From: Isurus oxyrinchus
Lineage: Eukaryota
Length of the DNA stretch: 64,000 nt
Direction: 5' to 3'
NCBI GenBank assembly: GCA_026770705.1
Contig: JANJGN010000010.1
Location: 11,904,001 to 11,968,000, forward strand
Below, piece after piece: positions 25,391 through 36,958 of this stretch (its first letter is position 1; each line of letters starts with the position of its first letter). The position numbers and the translations under genes are program-made. The notes beneath the pieces are model-generated. The model saw only the letters and a program-made list of their open reading frames with translations, had not been told where the DNA came from and did not search any database.

Positions 25391-25699
25391 ATCTTTTCTA
25401 CCCTCTCTTCTGACTCATGATAAAAATGCTCAGATTATTTGATACAAGGCACTCACATGGGCTAGTTCTCTCTAAACTGAGGGCGTATGCTCAGGCTGTT
25501 CCCCCTGCCGCCTTAGTCTTACTGCCCCGATCCTAAACATAAACACTAAATTCCTTACGTTCCACATCAGATAATTCCATCCATTAAATCCACTACCTGC
25601 TCCCATAAGCCTTCCTTATTGAGGCCCTTACCACTCAACAGTTCAAAGTACTGCAACCTCTCAGGCCAACTTCAATAATTGCTCACTAAGACGAAAGCT

Positions 25700-25800
25700 C
25701 TGGACAAGAGTCATACAGACTCAAAATGTTAACTCTGTTTCTCTCTCCACAGATGCTGTCTGACCCACTGAGCTTTTCCAGCATTTTTCATTTATTTTTC
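25700..25800 (+). mobile_element. Penelope-like end fragment
   Basis: GAGTCATACAGACTCAAAATGTTAACTCTG...AGATGCTG...TTTTCCAGCA. Confidence 0.6.
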
Positions 25801-27587
25801 AATAATTACTCCACTCAAAGTCCTATCTTCAGCTTCTATCTTGAAACACTGACCCAGCTTTAACCTCAAGGATACCACCACCACTGAACTTTTTGTTCAT
25901 CTCTTCCAGCACTCCTTGCTTCCCTCCTTTCACCTGGTCTTTGTCCTAGGACAGGACAATGTAATTGGCAACACCCTGCGGGACAGCAACATGAAATGCA
26001 TCCTCCTCAGCCTTCATCTCTCCAGTAACTTGCAATACAATCAAGTACTTCAACCGCAAATGCGTGTGAGATTCCCCCATGGTCCTTTACTCTCCTGGTT
26101 CCATGCCCAACCAAGTCAGAACATGTCCACCGATCACTTCCCTTTCTGTGCCAGTGTTATCCATCTCCAATGTTCCCAAAGCTGTAACCTTATCCCTTAT
26201 AATTCCTTATCTAAGTGCTGTGGCCGAGCAGCAATATTCACAAGCACAAGATCAGCTTGCTAAGTATTCCAGCTATACACAAACCTATTTCTTGGCAGCA
26301 CCCCGAGGTCAAAACTGTAGGCTTACACAAGCATCAGGCGGAATTAGCCAGAGTTAGTGCTTCCACACGGTGTTAACTGACACAATACAGATTTAGATTC
26401 TTGAACAAAACTGGGTTAGAAAGGGGATAAGCTCAGTTAAACAGTAAGGAACACAGCTTTGCAAAATTACAGACAAGGACAGGACCCACTTGTACCTTTA
26501 GTTTCACACTGAAAACAGTCATGAAGGTAGAGGTCTGTCAGGTGACAAGTTATTAACTGTTCATTACCCACTTTCTCTACTGCAACATTAATCTTTTCCT
26601 TCTATTAAAATTTTTCCTAAAATCTGTCTTTATTCCATTTCGGTTCTTTCTCTCATTCTAGTGCTTTGTTCTCGTCATCATTCTCTGTCCCTTGCAAAGT
26701 AATCATTGCACTACATGAGGGGTATTCTAATCAAGTTCTCCCTTTTGTTTTCAGGTTTTTGCGTGCACACACTCTCACCAGCTCAGCTGCCGTTTCCATG
26801 TGGTATTTTACTTTACCAGCAAAAGCTCAGTGCTGTCATTTTCCAATGTACCAATCTATAACTACATCACATATACCCTGCTCAGGTATCAACTCATCAG
26901 TTACTCTGTTCTCGCAGCTGATAACCACATTCTCATTACATGACATATTCAAACCACAGTTATCTTTTATTTCTATGACATTAGCAGACCCAGTTCTGCA
27001 GCAGAAGTGTCAACCAGAAGCTTGCCTCGTATGCTTTCCTTTTAAAATTCTGTGACATGATGTGATTCTTCCCTTCCAGAGAGGTCTGCACAGTATGTCA
27101 GAACAGAGTAAAACATCTCTTTCTCACACCACCACCATAAAGACATTTAATATTTCTCTTTAATAAATCCGCTTCCCTCGTTAAACATGCTGCTGTCCCT
27201 GGGTCAGGTTTAAAATTCACACTGGGGACTCAGCAGCTAGGCTGATGCATGTAAACCCTCCCACACTCCAATACAAAAAAAATAATGAATATATATTGGC
27301 CAGTGTTTTCCTAACTTTATATTAAAATGAATGCGATTTGACCATCAAGTTTGTTGTTTAGCAACAATTTAGTGCCTTAATTTCGCCCCCAAAAAATGCA
27401 ACAACCTTTATTAAAAAAAAAGCAGCACACAGGATGGTGGGAATGCTGCAGTGTCAGAGGTGCTACACTTATCAAAAGGGTATTCCAAAACAGCGATGAG
27501 TGTTGATTAGGTTCACAAAGCTGCTGGTTCTGTTTTAATCTCTCAAAGTTTGCTTTGGAATGCATAATGAAGGATTTTTCTTAGCCA

Positions 27588-28770
27588 AGGCATAGAATAT
27601 TAGAGCAGGGAGGCTATGCTGTATACAACACCAGATGGGCCATAGTTCAAGTACTGTGTAAGGCTCTGTACACATTACAGGAAAGACGCGACTGCACTGG
27701 AGAGGGTGCAGAGGAGATTTACGAGATTATTGCCAGGACTGGAATGGAGTATGAAAATAGGGAAGTCTTGCTAAAACTATACAAGACACTAGTTAGACCA
27801 CACCTAGAATACTGTGAACGATTTTGGTCTCCTTATCTAAGGAAAGATATACTGGCATTGGAGGCAGTCCAGACAAGGTTCACTAGGTTGATCCTGGTAT
27901 GGAGGGATTGTCTTAAGAGGAGAGGTTGAGTAGGTCGGGCCTGTACTCATTGGAGTTTAGAAGAATGAGAGGTGACCTTAATGAGACATAAGATTCTTAG
28001 GGGGCTTGACAGGATAGATGCTGAGAGGTTGTTTCTCCTTGTGGGAGAGTCTAGGACCAGAGGGCATAATTTCAGAGTAAGGGGGTGCCCATTTAAAAGA
28101 GGAGGAACTTCTTCTCTCACAGGGTAGTCAATTTGTGGAACTCTTTACCGTAGAAGGCTGTAGAGGCTGGGTGTTTAAGTATATTCAAGGCTGAGATAGA
28201 CAGATTTTTGATCAGTAATGGAATTAAGGGTTATGGGGACAAGATGGGAAAGTGGAGTTGAGAATTATCAGATCAGCCACAATCTCATTGAATGGCAGAG
28301 CAGACTCGATGGGCTGAATGACCTACTTCTGCTCCTACATCTTATGGTCTTATGGAAAATGTTAGCTATGTGAGAAGATTGGACAGGCTGGGGTTGTTTT
28401 CTTTGGAACAGAGGAAGCTGTGACTTAATTGAAAATTGAGGGCCCTAGGTAAACCAAATAGGGATGACCTATTTACCTTAACAGAGGGGTCAAAAATCAG
28501 GGGACATAGATTTAAAGTAATTGGTAGAAAGATTAGAGGGAGATGAGGAAACATTTCTTCACCTAGAGGGTGAAACTCACTGCCTGAAAGGGTGTTAGAG
28601 GCAAAAACTCTCGCTATATTTAAAAGGTACTTGAAAGTCTACTTGAAGAGCTGTGACCTGTAGGGTTATGGAACTGGTACAGGAAGGTGGGATGAGGCTG
28701 GGTAGCTCTTTGTTGAAGTCACATGGGGCTAAATGGTCTCCTTCTGTGTCGCAAACCTTTTATGATTTTA
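27588..28770 (+). mobile_element. CR1 3' fragment containing a second CR1 3' fragment (27743-28352)
   Basis: Two successive CR1 tails. The host rejoins across CCAGGACTGGA|...|AAATGTTAGCTATG. Confidence 0.8.
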
Positions 28771-28884
28771 TGTTTCAGAAAGGCAGCCCAATTAGCTATT
28801 CCAGTGGAAATTTAAAAATGTGCCGTATATAATTGCAAGAATAATTTTGTTTTGACCTAGATCCCTCCCTGGACAGGTACTCAA

Positions 28885-29245
28885 CAACAAATAAACCTTT
28901 AAGACTATAAAGCACCCCCAGATGCTTTACAGGGACATCAAATAAAATGCGACCATGAGCCACAAAAGGATGTGAGGGGAACTGGCCAAAAGGTTAGTTC
29001 AAGGAGAAAGGTTTCAAGGAGTGTGTTAAATAAGGAATGGCCTATTCCACCTTTTTCTCATGGATGGGAGGTGGCAGGGCTGAGGGGGCTTGGCATCCGA
29101 AGGCACAAGCGCTAACTGTGGAGCAATTAAAATCAGGGATGCTCAAGTGGCCGGAGTGCAGATATCTCAGAGGGTTTTGGGGCTGGAGGAGATAGATAGG
29201 GAGAGGCAAGGGCAATGGGGGCTTTGAAAACAAGATGATTTTCAA
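28885..29245 (-). mobile_element. L2-like LINE 3' fragment
   Basis: GGGGCTGGAGGAG...GATAGGGAG...TTTGAAAACAAG; reverse-complement homolog at 43260-43530. Confidence 0.55.
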
Positions 29246-30242
29246 AATAAAAACAGAAAGCGCTGGAAAAACTCAGCAGGTCAGGCAGCATCTAGAGAAA
29301 CAAAGTTAACGCTTTGAGTCTAATATGACTCTTCTGCAGAACCGTTCATATTGGACTCGAAACATTAACACTGTTTCTCACTCCGCAGATGCTGCCAGAC
29401 GTGCCAAACTTTTTTTTCCAGCATTTTCTGTTTATATTTCAGATCTCCAGTGCCCGCAGTACTTTATTTTTATTATGAGAATTTCAGGGTTCCTAAGAGG
29501 AGTCACATTGGAGTGGAAGCGTTGACTGTTTCTCTCTCTCTCCACAGATGCTCCCAGACCTGAGTTTTTCCAGCACTTTCTTTTTTTAATTGCGAAAATC
29601 ATCCTGTTTTCAAAGCCCTCATAGCCCTCGCTACCCCCCCCAACTCCCGCTCCCCCCCACCCCCCAACCCCCACCATTTTCTGTTTGTATTTCAGACCTC
29701 CAGTGCCCGCACTATTTTACTTTTACTACGAGAAGGTCCGGGTTCCGAAGAGGAGTCACACTGGAGTGGAAGCTTTAACTCTGTTCAAAGCAAAAAAACT
29801 GTGGATGCTGGAAATCCAAAACAAAAACAGAAACAGAAATATTTGGGAAAACTCAGCAGGTCTGGCAGCATCGGCAGAGTAGAGCACAGTTGACGTTTCG
29901 AGTCCTCTGATAGGGAGGGGCAAGGGCAACGGGGGCTTTGAAAACAATATGATTTTCAAAATAAAAACAGGAAGTGCTGGAAAAACTCAGCGGGTCAGGC
30001 AGCATCTAGAGGGAGAAACAAAGTTAACGCTTTGAGTCTAATATGACTCATCTGGGAAGAGAGAGAGAGAAACAGTCAATGCTTCCACTCCAACGTGACT
30101 CCTCTTCGGAACCCGGAACTTCTCATAATAAAAGTAAAGGACTGCGGGCACTGGAGATCCTCTGAGGACTCGAAACATCAACTGTGCTCTTCTCCGCCGA
30201 TGCTGCCAGACCTGCTGAGTTTTTCCAGGTAATTCTGTTTTT
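29246..30242. mobile_element. Rearranged cluster of Penelope-like end fragments in both orientations
   Basis: Repeated GGAAAAACTCAGCAGGTC.GGCAGCATC and its reverse complement, degenerate hammerhead stems, and local direct and inverted duplications. Confidence 0.8.
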
Positions 30243-30675
30243 GCTTTAACACTGTTCCCAGCCCCCTCTCTCTCTCTCCCCACAGATGCTACCAGACCTG
30301 CTGAGTTTTTCCGGTATTTCTGTTTCTGCTTTAACACTGTTCCCAGCCCCCTCTCTCTCTCCCCACAGATGCTACCAGACCTGCTGAGTTTTTCCGGTAT
30401 TTCTGTTTCTGCTTTAACACTGTTCCCAGCCCCCTCTCTCTCTCCCCACAGATGCTACCAGACCTGCTGAGTTTTTCCAGGTATTTCTGTTTCTGCTTTA
30501 ACTCTGTTCCCACCCCACTCTCTCTCTCCCCACAGATGCTACCAGACCTGCTGAGTTTTTCCAGGTATTTCTGTTTCTGCTTTAACTCTGTTCCCACCCC
30601 ACTCTCTCTCCTCACAGATGCCACCAGACCTGCTGAGTTTTGTTTTTCTCCAGCACTTTCTGTTTTTACTTCAGA
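30243..30675. repeat. Tandem array, 5 x ~84 bp, derived from the Penelope-like end
   Basis: Units start at 30243, 30328, 30411, 30495 and 30579: GCTTTAACACTGTTCCCAGCCCC(CT)nCCCCACAGATGCTACCAGACCTGCTGAGTTTTTCC.GGTATTTCTGTTTCT. Confidence 0.93.
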
Positions 30676-31023
30676 TGAGAATGTCCAAGCCCACCAGTGC
30701 AGGCTGACCTGACCCCCTTGGCACCCCCACCCCTGGATGAGGGGGGGAGGGGGGGTGATGCCAGCTCCCTCTGATGAAAGGGAGAGAGAGAGAGAGTTTC
30801 CCCTCTGGTGAGCTCCACCTGTAGAAGATTCTTTGTGTGAAGCACCTTGGGACGTTACTCAGCTGCAGGTAACAAGGGGCTAAGCCCAGACCCTCTCTGG
30901 TCAGTGCAGACAATCCACCCACCTGCCCCTGGTCCACCCACCTTTACACTTACAGCGAGGGTTAAACTCTCATCCCATCCCCCAGACCCGGGCCCTGGGC
31001 CCGGGAGGCAGGAGAACACCTAC

Positions 31024-31060
31024 CTCTATCCAGGCGGATCGGCTCCATCACCAGCGCCAT
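31024..31060 (-). CDS. LIN7C: LIN7C coding exon 1 (start codon)
   Basis: ggaATGGCG...GATAGAG|gtaggt, 37 nt, MALVMEPIRLDR plus G. The phase joins exon 2 as GAT. Total CDS is 600 nt, i.e. 199 aa plus stop. Confidence 0.92.
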
Positions 31061-31102
31061 TCCAGAGCCTTCCAGCAGGGGGGAAAAAATAAAGGATCCA
31101 CT

Positions 31103-31140
31103 CCGGAAGTGACGTCAACCCAGCTCCAGGCCCCGCCCCT
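31103..31140. promoter_or_regulatory. LIN7C proximal promoter: composite ETS-CRE element and GC box
   Basis: CCGGAAGTGACGTCA at 31103-31117 (ETS/GABP site overlapping a full CRE palindrome) and GGCCCCGCCCC at 31129-31139. Lies 43-80 nt upstream of the ATG in a CpG-rich island (~30960-31490). Confidence 0.75.
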
Positions 31141-31482
31141 TCGTCCACAGCGCTACCCGCAGGCCGGGAGGACACGTTACACCATCCAGCCCTCGAACGT
31201 TGAAGCTTGGTTACGCCCACGCCCCCAATTCGTCTACAGCGCTACCCGCAGGCCGGGAGGACACATTACACCCAGCCCTCGAACGCTGAAGCTTGGCCGC
31301 GCCCCCAATCCAAAAATACGTCCACAGCGCTACCCGCAGGCCGGGAGGACACGTTACACCCAGCCCTCGAACGCTGAAGCTTGGCCGCGCCCCCCAATCC
31401 AAAATTCGTCCACAGCGCTACCCGCAGGCCGGAGGACACGTTACACCCAGCCCGGGAACGCTGAAGCTTGGCCACGCCCCCC
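31141..31482. repeat. CpG-rich tandem repeat, 4 x ~88 bp, in the promoter
   Basis: Units start at ~31141, 31230, 31318 and 31406. Unit: CGTCCACAGCGCTACCCGCAGGCCGGGAGGACACGTTACACCCAGCCCTCGAACGCTGAAGCTTGGCCGCGCCCCCAAT... Confidence 0.93.
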
Positions 31483-32087
31483 TCCTCTCCAAGACCCATC
31501 AAGGCCAAGGAGAGAGGGCTTCTTGGCTTTGAAATTCCAATGCTATCTTTGTGGTTGTGGGTGATGCAGCTTTTTTGGGGGGGAAATTATTATAAAAAAG
31601 GCTGCACAAGCATAATTCCATCCCCTCATTTTTAAATCACACATTCTACCAATTTTTGATGGAATGTTTAACACCGTTGCCACAATATATTTTTTAAAGA
31701 CTTGCATCATTATGGAATTGTTGGCGCCTACTTTAATCGTCATAAATTCACATAGCCACATTCATCATGAGAATTATCTATAAAAAAAAGGGCAGAATAT
31801 AATCTCCATCCTCCTGCCAGTGATGCTGTAGCGTAACACTTGCAATATGTTGCTTATTGATCTCCTGTAGCATTGCAAACGAGGAGTCAAGATGAATTTT
31901 GGCTTTGGGAGGCAAAAACGGCACTGTTTCCAGGTCCCAAAACACCCTGGGTGGGTCACTGACCTGGGATTTCCATGGAAGTGCCCCTTTAATTGGTTCC
32001 CTGTCTAATTAAGGAGGTAGGTAGGCTTTTGAGGCCAGGGGGGGTCAATCAGAGGCCTCCCTGCTTGGGAGGTGCAGCAGACCTTAG

Positions 32088-34010
32088 AGCCATAGAATCA
32101 CAGAAAAGTTATGGCACAGAAAGAGGCCATTCAGCCCATCATGTCCGTGCTGGCCGAAAGAGAAGAAATAAAAAACTAGCTGCCCATTCTAATCCCACCT
32201 TCCAGCACCTGGTCTGAAGTTTTGCAGATTGCAGCACTTTGCAGATCCAGGCACCTTTGAAATGAGTTGAGGATTTCTTTTTTTTCATTCATTCATTCAT
32301 GAGACGTGAGCTTCGCTGGCTGGGTCAGCACTTATTGCCTATCCCTAGTTCCCCTTGAGAAGGTGGTGGTGAGCTGCCTCCTTGAATCGCTGCAGTCCAC
32401 GTGGTGTAGGTGCATCCACAGTAGTCATTGAGAATCCTGCCCACATCTTTGGCAGCAGTGCACAAGTTACCATGTACGCCCCGAGTGGATCTGCCCTTTC
32501 CTTGGTAATTCCTCTTGCTCTTAATGCACTGGTAAACTATCTTTGGGTGTTCTGTGATTTTACCTGCCGATATTTTTTCACATCCTCTGTTTGCTTTCGT
32601 AATTTTCTTTTTTACTTCATGCCTGGACTTTCTATCCTCCTCTAGGCTTTCTACAGCGTTAAGTTTTTTGTAACTGTCATAAACTTTCTTTTTCTGCTTT
32701 ATCTTATCTGGTACGCTCCTAGATAACCAGGGGGCTCTAGATTTGGCAGTGCTACCCTTTTTCTTTGTGCGGACATGTCTGCACTGTGTCCATAGAATCT
32801 CGCTTTTGAATGCCTCCCACTGGTCTGTCACTGATTTCCCTTACACCATTTAAGAAATATTTAGATGAGCACTTGGCAAACAGGACTATGGGCCAAGAGC
32901 TGGAAAATGGGATTAGAATAGATAGGTGCTTGATGGCCGGCAAGGACACCTTGAGCTGAAGGGCCTGTTTCTGTGCTGTATAGCTCTATGATTCTATAAT
33001 TGTAGCTGTAGCCAGCCCACTTTTGCTAGATCACCTCTCAGCTTTGTAAAATTTGTCTTACCTCAATTTAGAACTTTTACTCCGGTTCTATCTTTGTCCT
33101 TCTCCATAATAATGCTAAATCTAACTGTATTATGGTCGCTATCTTCAAAATAGTCACCCACTGCTACTTCATCCACTTGCCCAGCTTCATTTCCTAAGAC
33201 TAAATCTAGAATTGCACTGCCTCTCGTTATATGCTGGCTAAAAATGTTCTCTTCAATACAGTTCAAAAATTTTGTGCCCTCTGTGCCTATTACACTGTTT
33301 GTATCCCAGTTGATTTTAGGGTCCTTGAAGTCCCCAATCATTATTGCCCTGTTGTTTCTGCGCTCAAAAAGTTGCCTACATATTTGCTCTTCTATCTTCC
33401 TCTCACTATTTGGGGGGTCTATAGTACATTCCTAGTAGTGTCGCTGCCCCTTTTTGTTTCTGAGCTCAACCCATATAGCCTCATTTGATGATTCATTTAG
33501 TATATCGTCCCTCCTCACTGCTGTAATTGATTCTTTAACCAATAATGCTACACCCCTACCTTTTTTATCCCCCTCTCTATCCTGTCTGTAAACCCTATAT
33601 CCACGCATGTTGAGCAAGTATTTTTGCCCCTCTTTAAGCCAAGTTTCCATGATTACAATTATATCATGCTGCAATATGTTTATCTGTGCCCTCAGTTCAT
33701 CGGATTTGTTTGCTATACTGCTTGCATTTAAAATACCTTTTAATATTGCCAAATACTTGTGCTGTAAACCTTTTAACCTTTGCTTCTTCTGTCTTTTAGA
33801 GTCATTCGCTAATTCTCTGCCTCCTGCTCCCTGCTCTGAGTTTGCCCTATTTGAATCTGCCCTCAGGTTCCCATCCCCCTGCCAATTTAATTTGAACCTT
33901 CCCCAGCGACACTAGCAAACCTCCCTGCAAGGACATTCATCCCAGTCCCATTCAAGTGTAGACCATTCAGCTTGTACAGATCGCACCTTCCCCAGGAGCG
34001 GCCCCAACAT
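32088..34010 (-). mobile_element. Internally deleted CR1 (endonuclease region plus tail) with small nested LINE tails
   Basis: LNASSIANK, METWL, GVALLVKE, IGDFKDP and LDLVLGNE. Family B tail at 32280-32420; plus-strand CR1 tail at ~32840-33000. Confidence 0.8.
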
Positions 34011-35854
34011 CTGAAGTAAAGAGTAAGAAACTGAGGGGGGTCACTTCAACATTGAGACACCCTCTCACCAACCTTTTTAAAATAATAAATAAAAATCAGA
34101 ACGAGCAACCAGGCCTGCACTGGAGATGGTTGGCAATGGGAGTCTCTCCACAGGGCAGCCTTTGACTGCACCACCCAGGCAGGCAGGCAGGGAGGGCTTC
34201 TGGGCTCACCTGGAGTGCTGGACCCTCAGCATGCCGCTGGATACCCTTCTCCAGGCAGTTAACCTGGCCTCCTGTAGGGTCGGGAAACTGGAGCCCAAGC
34301 AATCGGCCCCCTTTCTGCATCCTTAATGAGCCTAATTGACGGCCTCCCTTGCAAGGGGTGGGGGGAGGGGAGCTGATAGCCCTGCCAGGCTCCAAACTCA
34401 TCACGGCCAAATGACCAGCACCAAGGATAGGGTTGTGAAGCTGGCACACCAATCAATGCCGGTATTTTTCAGGCCCCGTCCACCTCTGCTCCTGACTTTG
34501 GCAGGTCCTGAACATCTATCTGTATCTTCAAAGGAAGTAGGATTAGGGTGTGTGGCATAGTTTGGATGTAATTTTAAAGCTACAAATTCTGTACTCATTT
34601 CTGTATTTTAATTGCAAATTTCATAATGGAAACTGTCTGTGTAAACTTGCTATGCTGTAATTAGCCCCTCCTGCTGTTAATCAAGCTGCAGCATCTCCAC
34701 TGGGGAAGGGTGTAATTACAGGGTGACAGGCTGTGCGTGGGAAGCTTTCATTCGAAATGTAGACTTCAATAGCCCTCACTTAGGAAAATTCCGCCTAATG
34801 CAAGCGTGAAGATACTGACAAGCAGCCTGGGAAAAATTGTCACAGCCCCCCCCAAAATCCGACACCTCAAAAAAATGTGCAATTGGAAGATATTCCCGAA
34901 TAAAGGCTAAAAACAAAAGCCAGTTCTTCGAGGCGAATTAAATAACTTAAATTCCTTTTTATTAGACATATAAAAACCACAAACATCAAAGGATCCTCGG
35001 GTCCGACTAAACATGTCCCATACGGTGTGATATCAATGTGGACACTCTCTCACCCACCCAACTGCAAGTAATTTCATAAAAGCCCAGGAAAATCAGGGAA
35101 AATAAAATCTGAAAATTTCCTCTCCCAGTCACTTAGGTGCTCAAAACTTGTCCAGAAGATCACTGTGGCCCTGATTTATGTTACAGACTGCTTCCCTCTT
35201 GTAGCTAACCAGAAACAGATTTGTTTTTTTATGTAGATGTCAACATTTCCAGCCCCTGGTTATGCTGCTCACTTTACAATGTTACAGCCATTGAATCACG
35301 TGAATCTTGGAAGGTTAACACTCAAAAACAGGCCAACAGCTACCAGGAAGCTGGATACGAGAGTATTCAAACATAAATTCAGGGTTTGGGGTCCATGATT
35401 GGGTCACAGAGAGGGTAGCAAATGTCACTGAAGCTCCACATCTCTAACTGGTTGTGTCTGGTGCGCTCAATTGGTCACAGTTGTGTTTCTTGCCATGCTT
35501 TTCATAAGGAGTTCATGATTTCTGCTGGCTGTCTCGCAGGGAACAAAAAACATATTTTTCAGTCATTGAATGACCACATGTGACTGTCTCCCTTAAGAAG
35601 AAGGCAAAATATATCTCTTCAAAGTCAGAATGCGTGCAAGTTGACATGCCCAGTGATGGAAATTTAGAAACAAGTTACATCCTCTCTGTAGCAAATTGTT
35701 ACCTACTACTTGAATCAGACTCCATGCATTCTTCCAAGACACTGTTGATTAACCAACCAGCTTAATTGGACTTGGCAATGGGACCAATAATTCTTCCTAT
35801 TCTGCTCCAGATGACCCTACAAATATACTGCCCAACAGGTAGACCAGTCTTTGC

Positions 35855-36805
35855 TGTATAAAGGGAGATGGTTGCAATTGTTGGAGGTCAGTAATCTCAG
35901 TTCCAGGACATCACTGCAGGTGTTCCTCAAGGTAGTGTCCTTGGCCCAACCATCTTCAGCTGCTTCATTGATGACCTTCCTTCCACCATAAGGTCAAAAG
36001 TGGGGACGTTCGCTGATAATTGCACAATGTTCAGCACCATTCATGACTCCCCAGATACTAAAGTAGTCCATGTCCAAATGTAGCAAGACCTGGACAATAT
36101 CCAGGCTTGGGCTGACAAGTGGCAAGTAACATTTGCACCACACAAGTGTCAGGCAATGATCATCTCCAACAAGAGAGAATCCAACCATCGCCCCTTGATG
36201 TTCCATGGCATTACCTTCTCTGAATTCCACACTATCAACATCCTGGGGGTTACCATTAATCAGAAACTGAACTGGACTAGGCATATAAATACTGTGGCTA
36301 CAAGAGCAGGTCAGAGACTAGGAATCCAATAACTCACCTCCTGACTCCACAAAGCCTCTCCACCATCTACAAGGCACAAGTCAGGAGTGTGATGGAATAC
36401 TCCCCACTTGCCTGGATGGTGCAGCTCCCACAACACTCAAGAAGCTTGACACTGTCCAGGACAAGATGCACTGTAGGAATTCATCAAGGCTCCTTCGACA
36501 ACCCTTCCAAACCCACATCCACTACCATCTAGAAGGACAAGGGCAGCAGGTAGATGAGAACACCATCACCTGGAAGTTCCCCTCCAAGTCACTCAACATC
36601 CTGACTTGGAAATATATCGCCGTTCCTTCACTGTCGCTGAGTCAAAATCCTGGAACTCCCTTCCTAACAGCATTGTGGGTGTACCTGCACCACATGGACT
36701 GCAGCAGTTCAAGAAGGCAGCTCACCCACCACCTTTTCAAGCTGGGGATGGGCAATAAATGTTGGCCCAGTCAGCAAAGCCCACATCCCATGAATGAAAA
36801 AAAAG
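35855..36805 (+). mobile_element. LINE family B 3' portion
   Basis: [17 protein letters not shown]; tail GGCAATAAATGTTGGCCCAG...CCCACATCCCATGAATGAAAAAAA. Confidence 0.85.
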
Positions 36806-36958
36806 GGAGGGAAGATCATCAAGATTCTGTGCTAATGTATCGTACTCTGTATCTGTGTAAGCTCCAGCTGTACAAGGGCTCACCTGGGACCCCAGCATTT
36901 GGGGTGTTGCCAATCTGCATTCAAACTTTCATACTTAGGTAAACGGGAGTGTCTCTAC

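Noticed and set aside
29306-29343. Sense-strand hammerhead that could cleave LIN7C pre-mRNA
   Set aside because: Core is degenerate (CUGCAGA; GAAA changed to AAAG), so it is probably inactive; the other intron 1 copies are also broken.
2574-31060. Assignment to LIN7A or LIN7B
   Set aside because: [34 protein letters not shown], the short N-terminus and the exon sizes fit LIN7C best; synteny would confirm.
30243-31482. Regularly spaced 84-bp and 88-bp repeats as a CRISPR-like array
   Set aside because: Units are head-to-tail with no unique spacers, there are no cas genes, and the context is eukaryotic.
30038-31564. ORFs of 97-151 aa over the tandem arrays
   Set aside because: They are translations of repeat units; no domain or splice support.
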